From: Octopus sinensis
Lineage: Eukaryota
DNA length: 64,000 bases
Reading direction: 5' to 3'
Assembly: GCF_006345805.1 (NCBI RefSeq)
Contig: NC_043022.1
Location: 4,712,001-4,776,000 of the forward strand
Below the pieces are notes generated by a model, which did not search any database, had not been told where the DNA came from, and was given only the letters and a program-made list of their open reading frames with translations. Shown in pieces: positions 37,237-48,877 of this stretch (the first letter of the stretch is position 1; every line of letters starts with the position of its first letter). A program made the translations under genes and the position numbers.

Positions 37237-38048
37237 ACTAGATTATGGCTGGGAGGTAACATTTTACTCAAAGTAGCTGCCCTCAGCTTCCACCACAGCT
37301 TCAAGATGGCTCCAGAACCAGGTGCACACATTTTTCATTGTGTCCTTGGAAATATCTTTGGACACCTTGGCCTTGGTGTTGCAAGCGGACCAGTTGGTGT
37401 TTTTCTCAAAACATAGCAATCCATAGGATAACAAGCAAGGGAGTTAGGGGGTCAGAAATTGGGGCTGGTGATGTTGTAAGACTCCTCCGACAACCACTTT
37501 TGATTATTTCTGCAGGTTTGGCAAAGAACCAAATCCTTCTGCCACACTTATGGCCATCCTGCAGCAACCTTTTCCGGCCAGGATTTGACTACAGTCTCCA
37601 TCAGCTTCACATGGCTGTCTGAATTGAGCCTAAGGTTAGGGTTAGGGTTAGGGGTTAGGGTTAGGGTTAGGGTTAAGGGTTAGGGTTAGGGTTAGGGTAG
37701 GGTTCAAAGATGTGAGCAGCATGACATTACCCTCCCTGCAAAGACCATCACAGTTTGTGGGGGGAACTTGGTTTTCATGATGTCCGTGTCTTGAAGCCTT
37801 TCCAGTGTTCACGGAGTATTGAGCGGCAGTCATGATGTCATCATTTTGACACTTGTCACAAATCATTATGATACAATTAACTCTATCTCAATATTCAGAT
37901 GGCTTCTAGCCCTCCTTGTCAGCTATTTCTCATCTACAACCTTCATCTTTCTGCTCTCCAGTTAAATTGCCTGTTCAGCCATACATCGAGTAATTCCTGA
38001 AAGACAGAGACATAAAAAAATGTCTTCAAATATAGTCTGAACGCCCTG
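37237..38048 (-). mobile_element. Decayed, internally deleted Tc1/mariner element of maT/DD37D-like type
   Basis: TIR cagggcgttcagactatatttgaagac next to TA at 38049-38050. Translation fragments DIMKTKFP.TVMVF, HIFE/LRLNSDSHVKLMETVVKSW, F*PPNSLACYPMDCYV and LEAVVEAEGSYFE*. Confidence 0.8.
37636..37702 (+). repeat. Interstitial (TTAGGG)n tract, about 11 units
   Basis: Direct inspection; interrupts the transposase reading frame. Confidence 0.95.
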
Positions 38049-38067
38049 TAATGTATAAGCTGTCACA

Positions 38068-39188
38068 TCACAGCCTCTTGTGGCTGATGGTTAAACAAAG
38101 CTGCGGGGTCACTCCGAAAAGCTCTACCTGTGACAATTTCATCTCAATCGAAGGCGAGGAGCTTTCTCCGTCCGGGTTGCGGATCCGTGGAACAAGCTGC
38201 CAGACGAGATGGTGAAGATGCCGACAACCGCTTTGTTCAAAGCCTCCCTTGACCTCAAGTGGCCTGAACTCTTTACATGGACACCACCCTGTACTTAACT
38301 CCATGTCCCCCTACATGGCCTTGCTATGGAACAAGCTGCCAGACGAGATGGTGAAGATGCCGACGACCGCTTTGTTCAAAGCCTCCCTTGACCTCAAGTG
38401 GCCTGAACTCTTTACATGAACACCACCCTTGTACTTAACTCCATGTCCCCCTACATGGCCTGCTATGGAAAAGCTTGCCAGACGAGATGGTGAAGATGCC
38501 GACGACCGCTTTGTCAAAGCCTCCCTTGACCTCAAGTGGCCTGAACTCTTTACATGAACACCACCCTGTACTTAACTCCATGTCCCCCTACATGGCCTGC
38601 TATGGAACAAGTGCCAGACGAGATGGTGAAGATGCCGACGACCGCTTTGTTCAAAGCCTCCCTTGACCTCAAGTGGCCTGAACTCTTTACATGAACACCA
38701 CCCTGTACGACTCCATGTCCCCCTACATGGCCTTGCTATGGAACAAGCTGCCAGACGAGATGGTGAAGATGCCGACGACCGCTTTGTTCAAAGCCTCCCT
38801 TGACCTCAAGTGGCCTGAACTCTTTACATGGACACCACCCTGTACTTAACTCCATGTCCCCCTACATGGCCTTGCTATGGAACAAGCTGCCAGACGAGAT
38901 GGTGAAGATGCCGACGCCCGCTTTGTTCAAAGCCTCCCTTGACCTCAAGTGGTCTGAACTCTTTACATGAACACCACCCTGTACTTAACTCCATGTCCCC
39001 CTACATGGCCTTGCTATGGAACAAGCTGCCAGACAAGATGGTGAAGATGCTGACGACCGCTTTGTTCAAAGCCTCCCTTGACCTCAAGTGGCCTGAACTC
39101 TTTACATGGACACCACCCGGTACTTAACTCCATGTTCCCCTACATGGCCTTGCTATTTGCTTTTGAGCCAAATTAACTAACTAACTAA
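38068..39188 (+). mobile_element. CR1/L2-group LINE 3' end whose terminal 139 bp is tandemly repeated 7 times
   Basis: KLRGHSEKL...NRRRGAFSVRVADPWNKLPDEMVKMPTTALFKASLD. Units start at 38188, 38327, 38466, 38603, 38739, 38878 and 39017; (taac)n tail at about 39175-39188. Confidence 0.85.
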
Positions 39189-39629
39189 AGTAGTGATGGA
39201 AATGAAACGGAATGTTTATGGTAACCTAGAACTGAAACCACAGACTTCACGTTTGGCTTTGCAAGAAAGTAAGAGCCATATTACATGTTCACAATGATTA
39301 ATTTATCCATCTTTTGTCAAAAAAAAATAGAAGAAACTAAAAAAATCGAGTCAAGGAGAAAAAAAATTTACTGATGTTTTACAGGAAACTTCCTTCCTTC
39401 ATCAATAATTGCCATTATGATTTCGGAAATTTAATTATTTCAAGTATCGTTAGCTCCAATGAACAATTTCTTGAGGACAAAGGAGAAAGAAAACTGAAGC
39501 CAGTTATTGTAGGGGAATCAATTAGATGAATCAATTCTCCGATAGAACAATTAGTCTCAGAAGGACCATTCATTAGCAACAAGAAAGAAAAAAAATGAAA
39601 AAAAAAAAAAAATGAACATGCATAGGAGC

Positions 39630-39973
39630 CGGCATGGGTGTGTGGTAATATGTTTGGTTCTCAACTACATGGTTCCAGGTTCAGTCCCACAGTGTGGCAC
39701 CTAGGGCAAGTGTCTTCTACTGTAGCCTCAGGCTACCCAAAGCCTGATCAGTGGATTTGGTAATGGAAACTGAAAGAGGCCCATCCTATATATGTATTTT
39801 TATATATACATATAGGCACAGACATGGCTGTGAGGTAAGAAGCTTAATTACCAACCACATGGCTCCAGGTTCGGTCCCATTGCATACCACCTTGAGCAAG
39901 TGTCTTCTATAGTCTCAGGCCGACCAAAGCCTTATCAGTGGATTTGGTATATGGAAACTGAAAGAAGCCTGTC

Positions 39974-40005
<32 letters not shown>

Positions 40006-40220
40006 ATATTTGTGTGTGTCTGTGTTTGTCCCCCACCATCACTTGACAACTGATGTTGGTGTGTTTAAGCTTCCGTAACTTAGCAGTTCGGCAAAATGAA
40101 ACCAACAGAATAAGTTCTAGGCTTAGAAAGAATAAGTCCTAGGGTTGATTTGTTCAACTGAAACCAGTGCTCCAGAATGGCCACAGTCAAATGATGGAAA
40201 CAAGTAAAAGAATAAAAGAG
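39630..40220 (+). mobile_element. SINE family A, partial plus full degenerate copy
   Basis: Two tRNA-like heads, at about 39630 and 39820. Confidence 0.8.
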
Positions 40221-40412
40221 TATCTATCTATCTATATATATACATATATATATATATACATACATATATATATATATATATACATACATATATATAATAT
40301 ACATACATATATATATATATATATATACATACATATATATATATATACATACATATATATATATATATACATACATATATATATATATATATACATACAT
40401 ATATATATATAT

Positions 40413-40445
<33 letters not shown>

Positions 40446-40450
40446 CATAC

Positions 40451-40482
<32 letters not shown>

Positions 40483-40633
40483 ACATACATATATATATAT
40501 ACATACATATATATATATACATACATATATATATATATATACATACCATATATATATATAATATACATACATATATATATATATACATACATATATTATA
40601 TATATATACATACATATATATATATATACATAC

Positions 40634-40664
<31 letters not shown>

Positions 40665-40674
40665 ATATTTTTAT

Positions 40675-41573
40675 ATCCCAATCGTCCTCCTGAAATCGTA
40701 ACTCCACCGTCGTGGAGGTCTTCCGGATGGTCTTTTCCACTCGACAACTGAGCGGGTCCACTGATTATCGGTGAGCCGGGGGACGTGCCCAGCCCATCTA
40801 AACTTGCTGCGTGTATACTCTGCGATGACATCCCTCATGCTGGACTTCTCTCTGATGATCTCGCTACTGATGTGCTCTCTCAACGAGATACCAAGCATTG
40901 ACCTTTCCATGGCTCTTTGAGCCGTTACCAGTCTCTGCTCTTCCCTCTTTGTGGTAGCCCATGTTTCACTACCATATAACATTGCAGGCAGAACTGTACT
41001 GTTAATGAGTGGAGGCGCAATGGCCCAGTGGTTAAGGCAGCGGACTCGCGGTCATAGGATTGCGGTTTCGATTCCCAGACCGGGCGTTGTGAGTGTTTAT
41101 TGAGCAAAAACACCTAAAGCTCCACGAGGCTCCGGCAGGGGATGGTGGTGATCCCTGCTGTACTCTTTCGCCACAACTTTCTCTCACTCTTACTTCCTGT
41201 TTCTGTTGTACTTGTATTTCAAAAGGGCCGGCCTTGTCACTCTCTGTGTCACGCTGAATATCCCCGAGAACTACGTTAAGGGTACACGTGTCTGTGGAGT
41301 GCTCAGCCACTTACACGTTAATTTCACAAGCAGGCTGTTCCATTGATTCGGATCAACCGGAACCCTCGTCGTCGTAACCGACGGAGTGCTTCCACTGTTA
41401 ATGAGGTTGGCGCGGGTGGTCCTGTCCAACCTTCCCTTGAGCACATCACTTGAGGACGATTGGGATCATGTGGATGAGAAAGGGGCGATCCAGAGAGGAG
41501 TGGACAGTGTGCTGTGACCAGCGGTGTCAAATGGATGCCTGACGAACTGGTCGGTCAAAGTGATCAAAGTGAT
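40675..41573 (+). mobile_element. RTE-type LINE with 5' inversion, inside (TA)n, interrupted by a SINE
   Basis: Inverted RT piece 40675-41451 (STVLPAMLYGSETW...FRWAGHV), then direct 3' end 41452-41573 with (caaagtgat)2 tail; 15-nt overlap gaggacgattgggat. Confidence 0.9.
41010..41393 (+). mobile_element. SINE family B1 with 12-bp TSD
   Basis: actgttaatgag at 40998-41009 and 41394-41405. Confidence 0.95.
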
Positions 41574-41683
41574 ATATATATATATATATATATAAAACAC
41601 TTGTTTGTTGTTCCTTCATCTGCTGTCAATTTGACACTCTGGCTAATTACTGATGAGCTAGGGACCTTCTCTCTGTATTTTAA

Positions 41684-41717
<34 letters not shown>

Positions 41718-41719
<2 letters not shown>

Positions 41720-42078
41720 CGCAGGAGTGGCTGTGTGGTAAGTAGCTTGTTTACCAACCACATGGTTCCGGGTTCAGTCCCACTGCGCGGCACCTTGGGT
41801 AAGTGTCTTCTGCTATAGCCCCGGGCCGACCAATGCCTTGTGAGTGGATTTGGTAGACGGAAATTGAAAGAAGCCTGTCGTATGTATATATATATGCGTG
41901 TGTGTGTTTGTGTGTCTGTGTTTGTCCCCCTAGCATTGCTTGACAACCAATGCTGCTGTGTTTATGTCCCCGTTACTTAGCGGTTCGGCAAAAGAGACCG
42001 ATAGAATAAGTACTGGGTTTACAAAGAATAAGTCCCAGCATGGTCGCAGTCAAATGACTGAAACAAGTAAAAGAGTAA
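41718..42078 (+). mobile_element. SINE family A
   Basis: Family A consensus with an internal deletion. Confidence 0.9.
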
Positions 42079-42092
42079 GAGTATATTATATA

Positions 42093-42139
<47 letters not shown>

Positions 42140-42148
42140 ACACATATG

Positions 42149-42471
42149 CTGCATTTGATGACCTATAAAGCACACGAGTGCATAGGATGCACTAGCCTAG
42201 GCTATACTTTTGTAAAATAAATTACCACTAAAATAATGTTTTAATTCCTCCACGTACCTGTATAACTGTATACTATTACCAGTAAATATAAGCAATTTAT
42301 TGCATCCACATTTGATATAAACATACCGTAGGTGATTGTTCACCAATAGATGGCAGCACGTTTTGTAAACATACATACCGTTTTGAGCCTATATTGAGTG
42401 CATTAGATGCAGGGGGATTTTTAAAGCCATTTTTGGTTAAAGAAAGGTGACTTATAGGCCATCAAATACGG
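42149..42471. mobile_element. pogo/Tigger-like MITE
   Basis: Imperfect 21-bp TIRs ctgcatttgatgacctataaa / cttataggccatcaaatacgg. Confidence 0.6.
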
Positions 42472-42519
42472 ATATGTATATCCATTCACTGAATTGTTCT
42501 GTTGTTAAAATCTTTTGGC

Positions 42520-42798
42520 TGATACCAGTGCCACCTGACTGGCACCCATGCCAGTGGCACATAAAGAGCACCATTGAAGCATGGCCAATGCTAGTGCCCC
42601 TTGACTGGCTCCTGTGCCAGTAGGACGTAAAAAGCACCCACTACTTTCTTGGAGTGGTTGGCATTAGGAAGGGCATCCAGCTGTAGAAACACTGCCAGAT
42701 CAGATTGGAGCCAGGAGTAGCCTCCTGGCTTGCCAGTCCTAAGTTAATCCATCCAACCCATGCCAGCATGGAAAACGGATGTTAAATGATGATGATGA
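42520..42798 (+). mobile_element. Family D retroposon
   Basis: Array unit plus ggcattaggaagggcatccagctgtag and (GAT)n tail. Confidence 0.8.
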
Positions 42799-42820
42799 TA
42801 TATATGTGTGTATAAAAATA

Positions 42821-42898
42821 TAGGGTGTGGCAAAAAGGTTGTTCCTGGTTTCAAATTATTAACCTTTGAAATCAGGGCAACCTTTCTGCCACACCCTG
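42821..42898. mobile_element. 78-bp Tc1/mariner micro-MITE (essentially two TIRs)
   Basis: agggtgtggcaaaaaggttg..tttcaaa / tttgaaatcagggcaacctttctgccacaccctg, TA on both sides. Confidence 0.7.
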
Positions 42899-42917
42899 TA
42901 CATATATATATATATAG

Positions 42918-43230
42918 TAGGCGCGTGCCTCAGTGGTTAGAGCGTCGAGCTCACGATCGTGAGGTTGTGAGCTCGAATCCCGGACCAGGCTGCGTGTTGT
43001 GTTCTTGAGCAAGACACTTTATTTCACGTTGCTCCAGTTCACTCAGCTGTAGAAATGAGTTGCGACATCACAGATGCCAAGCTGTATCAGCCCTTGCCTT
43101 TCCCTTGGACAACATCGGTGACGTGGAGAGGGGAGGCCGGTATGCATGGGCGACTGCTGGTCTTCCATAAAAAAAAAAAAAACCTTGCCCAGACTTGTAC
43201 CTCAGAGGGTGCAAACCCATGGTCAGCGTC
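42918..43230 (+). mobile_element. SINE family B2
   Basis: Same consensus as 15480-15810. Confidence 0.85.
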
Positions 43231-43782
43231 TGACCGAAGGGTGTCATATCATATCAATATAGACAAGGAAAGAAGAAAGATGAAAAATTTGTTTTACAAG
43301 ACTATATTAGACTCATAATAGTAAAAGTTTTATACAATATTATACAAAATACGATTTCTTTCTTCCAACATAATAACTGGTTCCATTATCGCTTTTCATA
43401 CATACACACACACGCAGCAGAAGGAAACTGAAAGAAGCCTGTCATATATATTTGTATGTATATATCTATGTGTTTGTCTTTGTGTCTGTGTTAGTCCCCA
43501 CCACCACCATTGCTTGACAACAAGAGTTGATGTGTTTACGTTCACGAGCTTAGTGGTTTGGCAAAAGTGATCAATAGAATAGGTACAACTTCTTAAAAAA
43601 AAAGAAGTACTGGGTCCATCATAGACACAACGATACACACAGGTGTGTGTATATATAACTTATAAGTAAGGGCTAAAGAAAATTATTTCAATGCCAATAT
43701 GCTGATAACAGACTATTAAATCGTCAATTTCCACATATAATTTACTCGCTACAGAGAAAACCGAAGAACTGAAATCGGGCAA

Positions 43783-44401
43783 GCATTTCGGCAATTTTAA
43801 CCAATTGCTGACGTCCATTTAGGTAAATAACATTCTGTGCATAATGAATATGTCCCTCCTTTAAGAAACAGATTGGGTTTACTTACATTTGTGAAGAAGA
43901 AAAGATACCCTTCCCCCACCCCTAACCCTAAATCTAAAATAGATTGAAATGTAATAGATTGATATTAGGGTTATAATTATGGGTGAAAATTTCATACGAC
44001 ACCGCTAATTTTTTATAGCGGTGTCGTATGAAATTGTCACCCATAATTATAACCCTAATATCGATCTATTGTATTTCAATCTATTTTAGATTTAGGGTTA
44101 GTTAGGGTTAGGGGTGGGTGAAGGGTATCTTTTTTTCTTCACAAATGTAAATAAACCCAATTTGTTTCTTAAAGGAGGGACATATTCATTATGCACAGAA
44201 TGTTATTTAGCTAAATGGACGCCAGTGATTGGTTAAAATTGCCGAAATGCAAGGGATTAAAGACGAAATATGTTACAACCTATAGAATTTTCTCAATAAA
44301 GCCAAGAGAAAATGATGTTTTATAAACACATTCTACCAGTATACGAAGTTTAAAAGTGTTTAGTTACCTAGAAATTATGTTACAAACTGGCGTTCAAAAG
44401 G
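43783..44401. mobile_element. Long imperfect palindrome (arms 43783-44007 and 44016-44250) made of two head-to-head copies of an unclassified element
   Basis: tagcggtgtcgtatgaaatt at the centre on both strands with an 8-nt spacer; a third partial copy at 47500-47765. Confidence 0.85.
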
Positions 44402-44813
44402 AAAAGATCCAAAGGTGGCGAGCTGATAGAATCGTACGCAGGCTTGACAAAATACTGAGCGACGGCTCATCTGTTTTCACTGAGTTCAAATTCCGCCGAG
44501 TTCAAATTTGCCTTTCATTCTTTTTTTTTTTTTTATGGAGGTGGAGTATCGATAAAATAAGTACCAGACGAGCACTGGGGATCGATGTAATCGACTTTGC
44601 TCCATCTCAATGAACTTGCTGGCCTTGTGCCGGAATTTGAAGCCATTATTTGTAGCAGTACGATTACTGAAAGTAAAAAAACAAAATTGGATTCAATAAC
44701 CCAGTAGAACGACTTTGCTACTAGAATAACTAAGTACACAGCCGCGCACGCGCGCGTAATATGTATATATATATGTATGTATATATACACACATATACAT
44801 ACGTATGTATGTG

Positions 44814-44912
<99 letters not shown>

Positions 44913-46223
44913 TATATATAATGTATGTTTGTATAAATCATCAATGAAATATTAATGGCTGCGATTGAACACTTATTGATCATTCAGCTCTTGGTGAATT
45001 CCTGTTTTTAACTTTTTTTTTTCTATTAACCACTCGAAACTTTTGAAGTGTTTTTAATCACACACACACATACACTCACACACACGTGTGTGTGGTGCGC
45101 GTAACATACGTAATATCGCATTAATAAAATAAAACATTAAGTGAAACCTTTCCTGCTCTACAACTCCGCACACAAACATTTGTATAAAATAAATAAGTAA
45201 AAATATATATTCATAACGAAAAAGCAAAATGAGGAAGTAACGAAAAGACCAAAAATAAAATAGAGGGAGAGAGAGAAGGCGAGAGAGAGTCAGAGAAAGA
45301 GAGAGAGAGATAAGGCGAGAGAGAGAAAAGAAAAAACAAAACGAAAACCTCAAATAACACGAAAACATCATCACATTCCAATAGTGGTTATTATCGTTTC
45401 AGCATTTATTATTTATCGGCACATTAAATGATACACTGCTTAAATGGCGGAATTCATCAAAGACTAACTCTCACCCACTCATTTATCCACATACTCTCTC
45501 TCTTTCTCTCTTTATAAAGAGAAATAAGTGTATAGCTCTCTCTCTCTCTCTGTCTGTTTCTTTCTCTCTCCTTATCTTTTTATTTTCCCCCCTTTTTTTT
45601 TCCTCTCTCGGCCTTGTTCACCAAACCAGCGTGGCCCACATCAAAAGCCTTCAGAAATAGTTATTGTTGCATGTTACTATTTTGCTGGAGCAGAGGGAAA
45701 GGTCGAGCAAATAAGAGTGAAAGGTCAGCCATATTGCAAACACACAACTACATTTGTGTGTACAATAATATACATAACGTATACACTTTATACTCGTACA
45801 TACATGTATGTATTCGACCCAATGCCTCGATGGTTTCTCCCCGCCACGTACACGCACACATATATATACAAACATCCATGGCCTGTTTTGGCATTCTAAC
45901 AAAACACACAACAGGAAGCAGGAAGCCATTACATAGAAATATATATACGGGTTTCGTCGAATACTTTGTTCTATTGTTGTCGATATTATTATTATTATTG
46001 TTTATTTATTTTATCTATTTAGGTTTACAACTGTTATTACAATATTTCAATACAATGAAAGTTGATAACTAATTACCTAAAGGCTACGCTGAAATAAAAA
46101 AAAAAAAAAAAAGATTGGAAGACATGTTTGTGTCCGTCTGTCCGCTTGACTGTCTGCCTATACGACTTCCTGCGTGACTTCATATATGTCTGCAAATCCT
46201 TGTTTCGGGCGGGGGGTTTACAT

Positions 46224-46255
<32 letters not shown>

Positions 46256-46259
46256 ATAT

Positions 46260-46290
<31 letters not shown>

Positions 46291-47339
46291 TTCACACTAC
46301 ATTACTCTTCACATTTTCCTCTTTCCTCCTTTACAACGGTAGTTTACAAATAGTTGTTGCCGAGCAACCCCCAAACACACCTAGGAATAAATATAATCTA
46401 TAAACTGCCTCCAACGTCGAAGTCTGTGTCACGAACCAAGTCTGGCTTGTGGATGAACGAGTACAATCACTTAACAAAAGCGTTTCAATTCCACGAAGCC
46501 AAGACGTGAGACAGTTGCGCTGTTGTAATCAAAGATGGTGGCTTTAACAACATTGACTTCCGATTAAAATAACGAAAAAACAAAATCCTACTACAACACG
46601 CTGTTGATATATTTCACTTTATTGGCAATCGTTTACTCTTTCTACCGTCTCAACAATCACACCTGAGCGAAATATACTTTAGTCGCTCTCTTGGTTAATT
46701 GATGGAGGGGAAATAATATATATATCTAACAGTTACTGATGAGATTTTAATAATCACTGAAATTATAATCCGGCCGATCCCCGTATTTTTATTATTTTTT
46801 ATTTTGTTCACTGGTGAAATTAGACCCGTTATTTTTGTTTACGACTGTCCGGAGCCAGCCAAAATCTATAGATTTATTTTGTCGAATATCAGAGATTGAA
46901 TTGAAGTAAATACCATTCAAAAACTAAGATCGATATATTCGAATACATCCACACTCGTCACACACGCATCAAACTTTTGGTTCCAGCTCTTTGCTTTCTG
47001 TATTCAAATCCCGTCAGGGTCGATTTTTCTTTTCATTCATTAAAGTACCAGTGAAGTTCTCAGGAAGTTTTTAATCGCCTGGCCATGCCTCTTGCCCCGA
47101 AATTTCAGGTGTTGTATCTAAATTCGAAACAACTTCAGAGAGCAGTGGATTGTCAGAATTTCAGTAGATCAGAAGTGTTATGTTAGCATGGTTGTGTAGT
47201 AAGAAGATTGCTTCCCAACCACATAGTCTGGGTTCAGTCCCACTCTGTGGCACCTTGGGCAAGTGCCTTCTACTAAAGCCTCGGGCCAACCAAAGCCTTG
47301 CAAGTGGATTTGGTAAACGGAAACTGAAAGAAGCCTGTC

Positions 47340-47382
<43 letters not shown>

Positions 47383-47409
47383 ATAATCTTATTTATATCC
47401 TTTCGTAAG

Positions 47410-47469
47410 TTCTACTGAAGAGGAATGAATCTTTTATGAGATTAATTCCGAAATTGATTCAATATAGAA
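47410..47469 (+). ncRNA. Type I hammerhead ribozyme, all core positions intact
   Basis: Stem I ttcta/tagaa, CTGAAGA (47415-21), stem II ggaat/attcc with inner aatct/agatt, GAAA (47450-53), stem III ttg/caa, U16.1-A17 at 47463-64. Confidence 0.88.
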
Positions 47470-48039
47470 ATAACGAACTTTTTAAAAAGTATCTTTTTTT
47501 CTTCGCAAATTTAAATAAGCCCAATCTGTTTCTTAAACGAGAGACATATTCATACAGCACGGAATGTTTTCATTCCAAATGGAGGTGAGCGATTGGTTAA
47601 AATTGCTGAAATGCCCGAATTTTCAGACGAAATATCTTACAAACTATAGAATTTTCTCAATAAAGCCAAGAAAAAATGATGTTTTATAAACACATTCTAC
47701 CAGTATACGAAGTTTAAAAGTGTTTAGTTAACTAGAAATTGTGTTGAAATGTGCCGTTCAAAAGGAAAAGATCCCCCCCTTTTCATACCAACCCATCTAA
47801 GAATGCCTTATAGTGGAAGACACTTGCCCAAGGTGCCACGCAATGGGACTGAACCCGGAACCATACGGTTGGTAAGCAAGCTACTTACCACACAGCCACC
47901 CCTGCACTCCAACTTAATAACAACAGTTAATTTACTAAATTCTTAATTAACTTCAAACATTTTTTCTACTCTAGGCACACGGGGCGAAATTTTGGAGGAG
48001 CGGGCTAGTCAAATGCAACTGGTACTTAATGAAAGGCAA

Positions 48040-48320
48040 AATCGACCTCGGCAGAATTTGAACTCAGAACACGAAGATTGACAAAATACCTATTACTTCA
48101 CTACCCACAAGGGGATAAATACAGAGCGGACAAACAAGGACAGGCAAAGGGATTAAGTCGATTATATCGATCCCAGTGCGTTACTGGTACTTATTTAATC
48201 GACCCGAAAGGATGAAAGGTAAAGTCGACCTCGGCGGAATTTGAACTCAGAACGTAGCGGCAGACGAAATACCGCTAAGCATTTTGCCCGGCGTGCTAAC
48301 GATTCTGCCAGTTCACCGCC
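48040..48320 (-). mobile_element. SINE family C (head-to-tail with a preceding fragment)
   Basis: Junction gacaaaatacctatt at about 48080-48095. Confidence 0.85.
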
Positions 48321-48467
48321 TTAATTAGCTTCAAAATTAATTGAAACAAATGCAGTGTATTTCAACAGAAATATGGGAATAAAAGGGTTAAAGTGATCTT
48401 AATTAATTATCTTTCATTTTAATTTCATTTTAATTTATATTCCAAGCATCAGTTGTTTTATTGAATT

Positions 48468-48877
48468 ACTCTTTTACTTGTTTCAGTCATTTGACTGCGG
48501 CCATGCTGGAGCACCGCCTTTAGTCGAGCAAATCGACCCCGGAACTTATTCTTTGTAAGCCCAGTACTTATTCTATCGGTCTCTTTTGCCAAACCGCTAA
48601 GTAACGGGGACGTAAACACACCAGCATCGGTTGTCAAGCAATGCTAGGGGGACAAACACAGACACACAAACATAAACGCACACATATATATATATATATA
48701 TACACATACATATATACGACGGGCTTCTTTCAGTTTCCGTCTACCAAATCCACTCACAAGGCTTTGGTCGGCCCGAGGCTATAGCAGAAGACACTTGCCC
48801 AAGGTGCCACGCAGTGGGACTGAACCAGGAACCATGTGGCTGGTAAACAAGCTACTTACCACACAGCTACTCCTGCG
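48468..48877 (-). mobile_element. SINE family A, full length
   Basis: Family A consensus. Confidence 0.92.

Noticed and set aside
38460-38720. Single-base indels among CR1 and satellite units as biological variants
   Set aside because: Scattered private 1-bp indels look like long-read consensus error; not interpreted
39370-39440. Acceptor-like ttactgatgttttacag in unique DNA
   Set aside because: All three downstream frames stop within 20 codons and there is no paired donor
41645-41680. ctgatgagctagg hammerhead half
   Set aside because: No downstream GAAA or stem II partner
46731-46775. ctgatgagattttaataatcactgaaattataatc hammerhead-like string
   Set aside because: Three extra bases before GAAA break the core geometry and stem I cannot pair; at most a remnant
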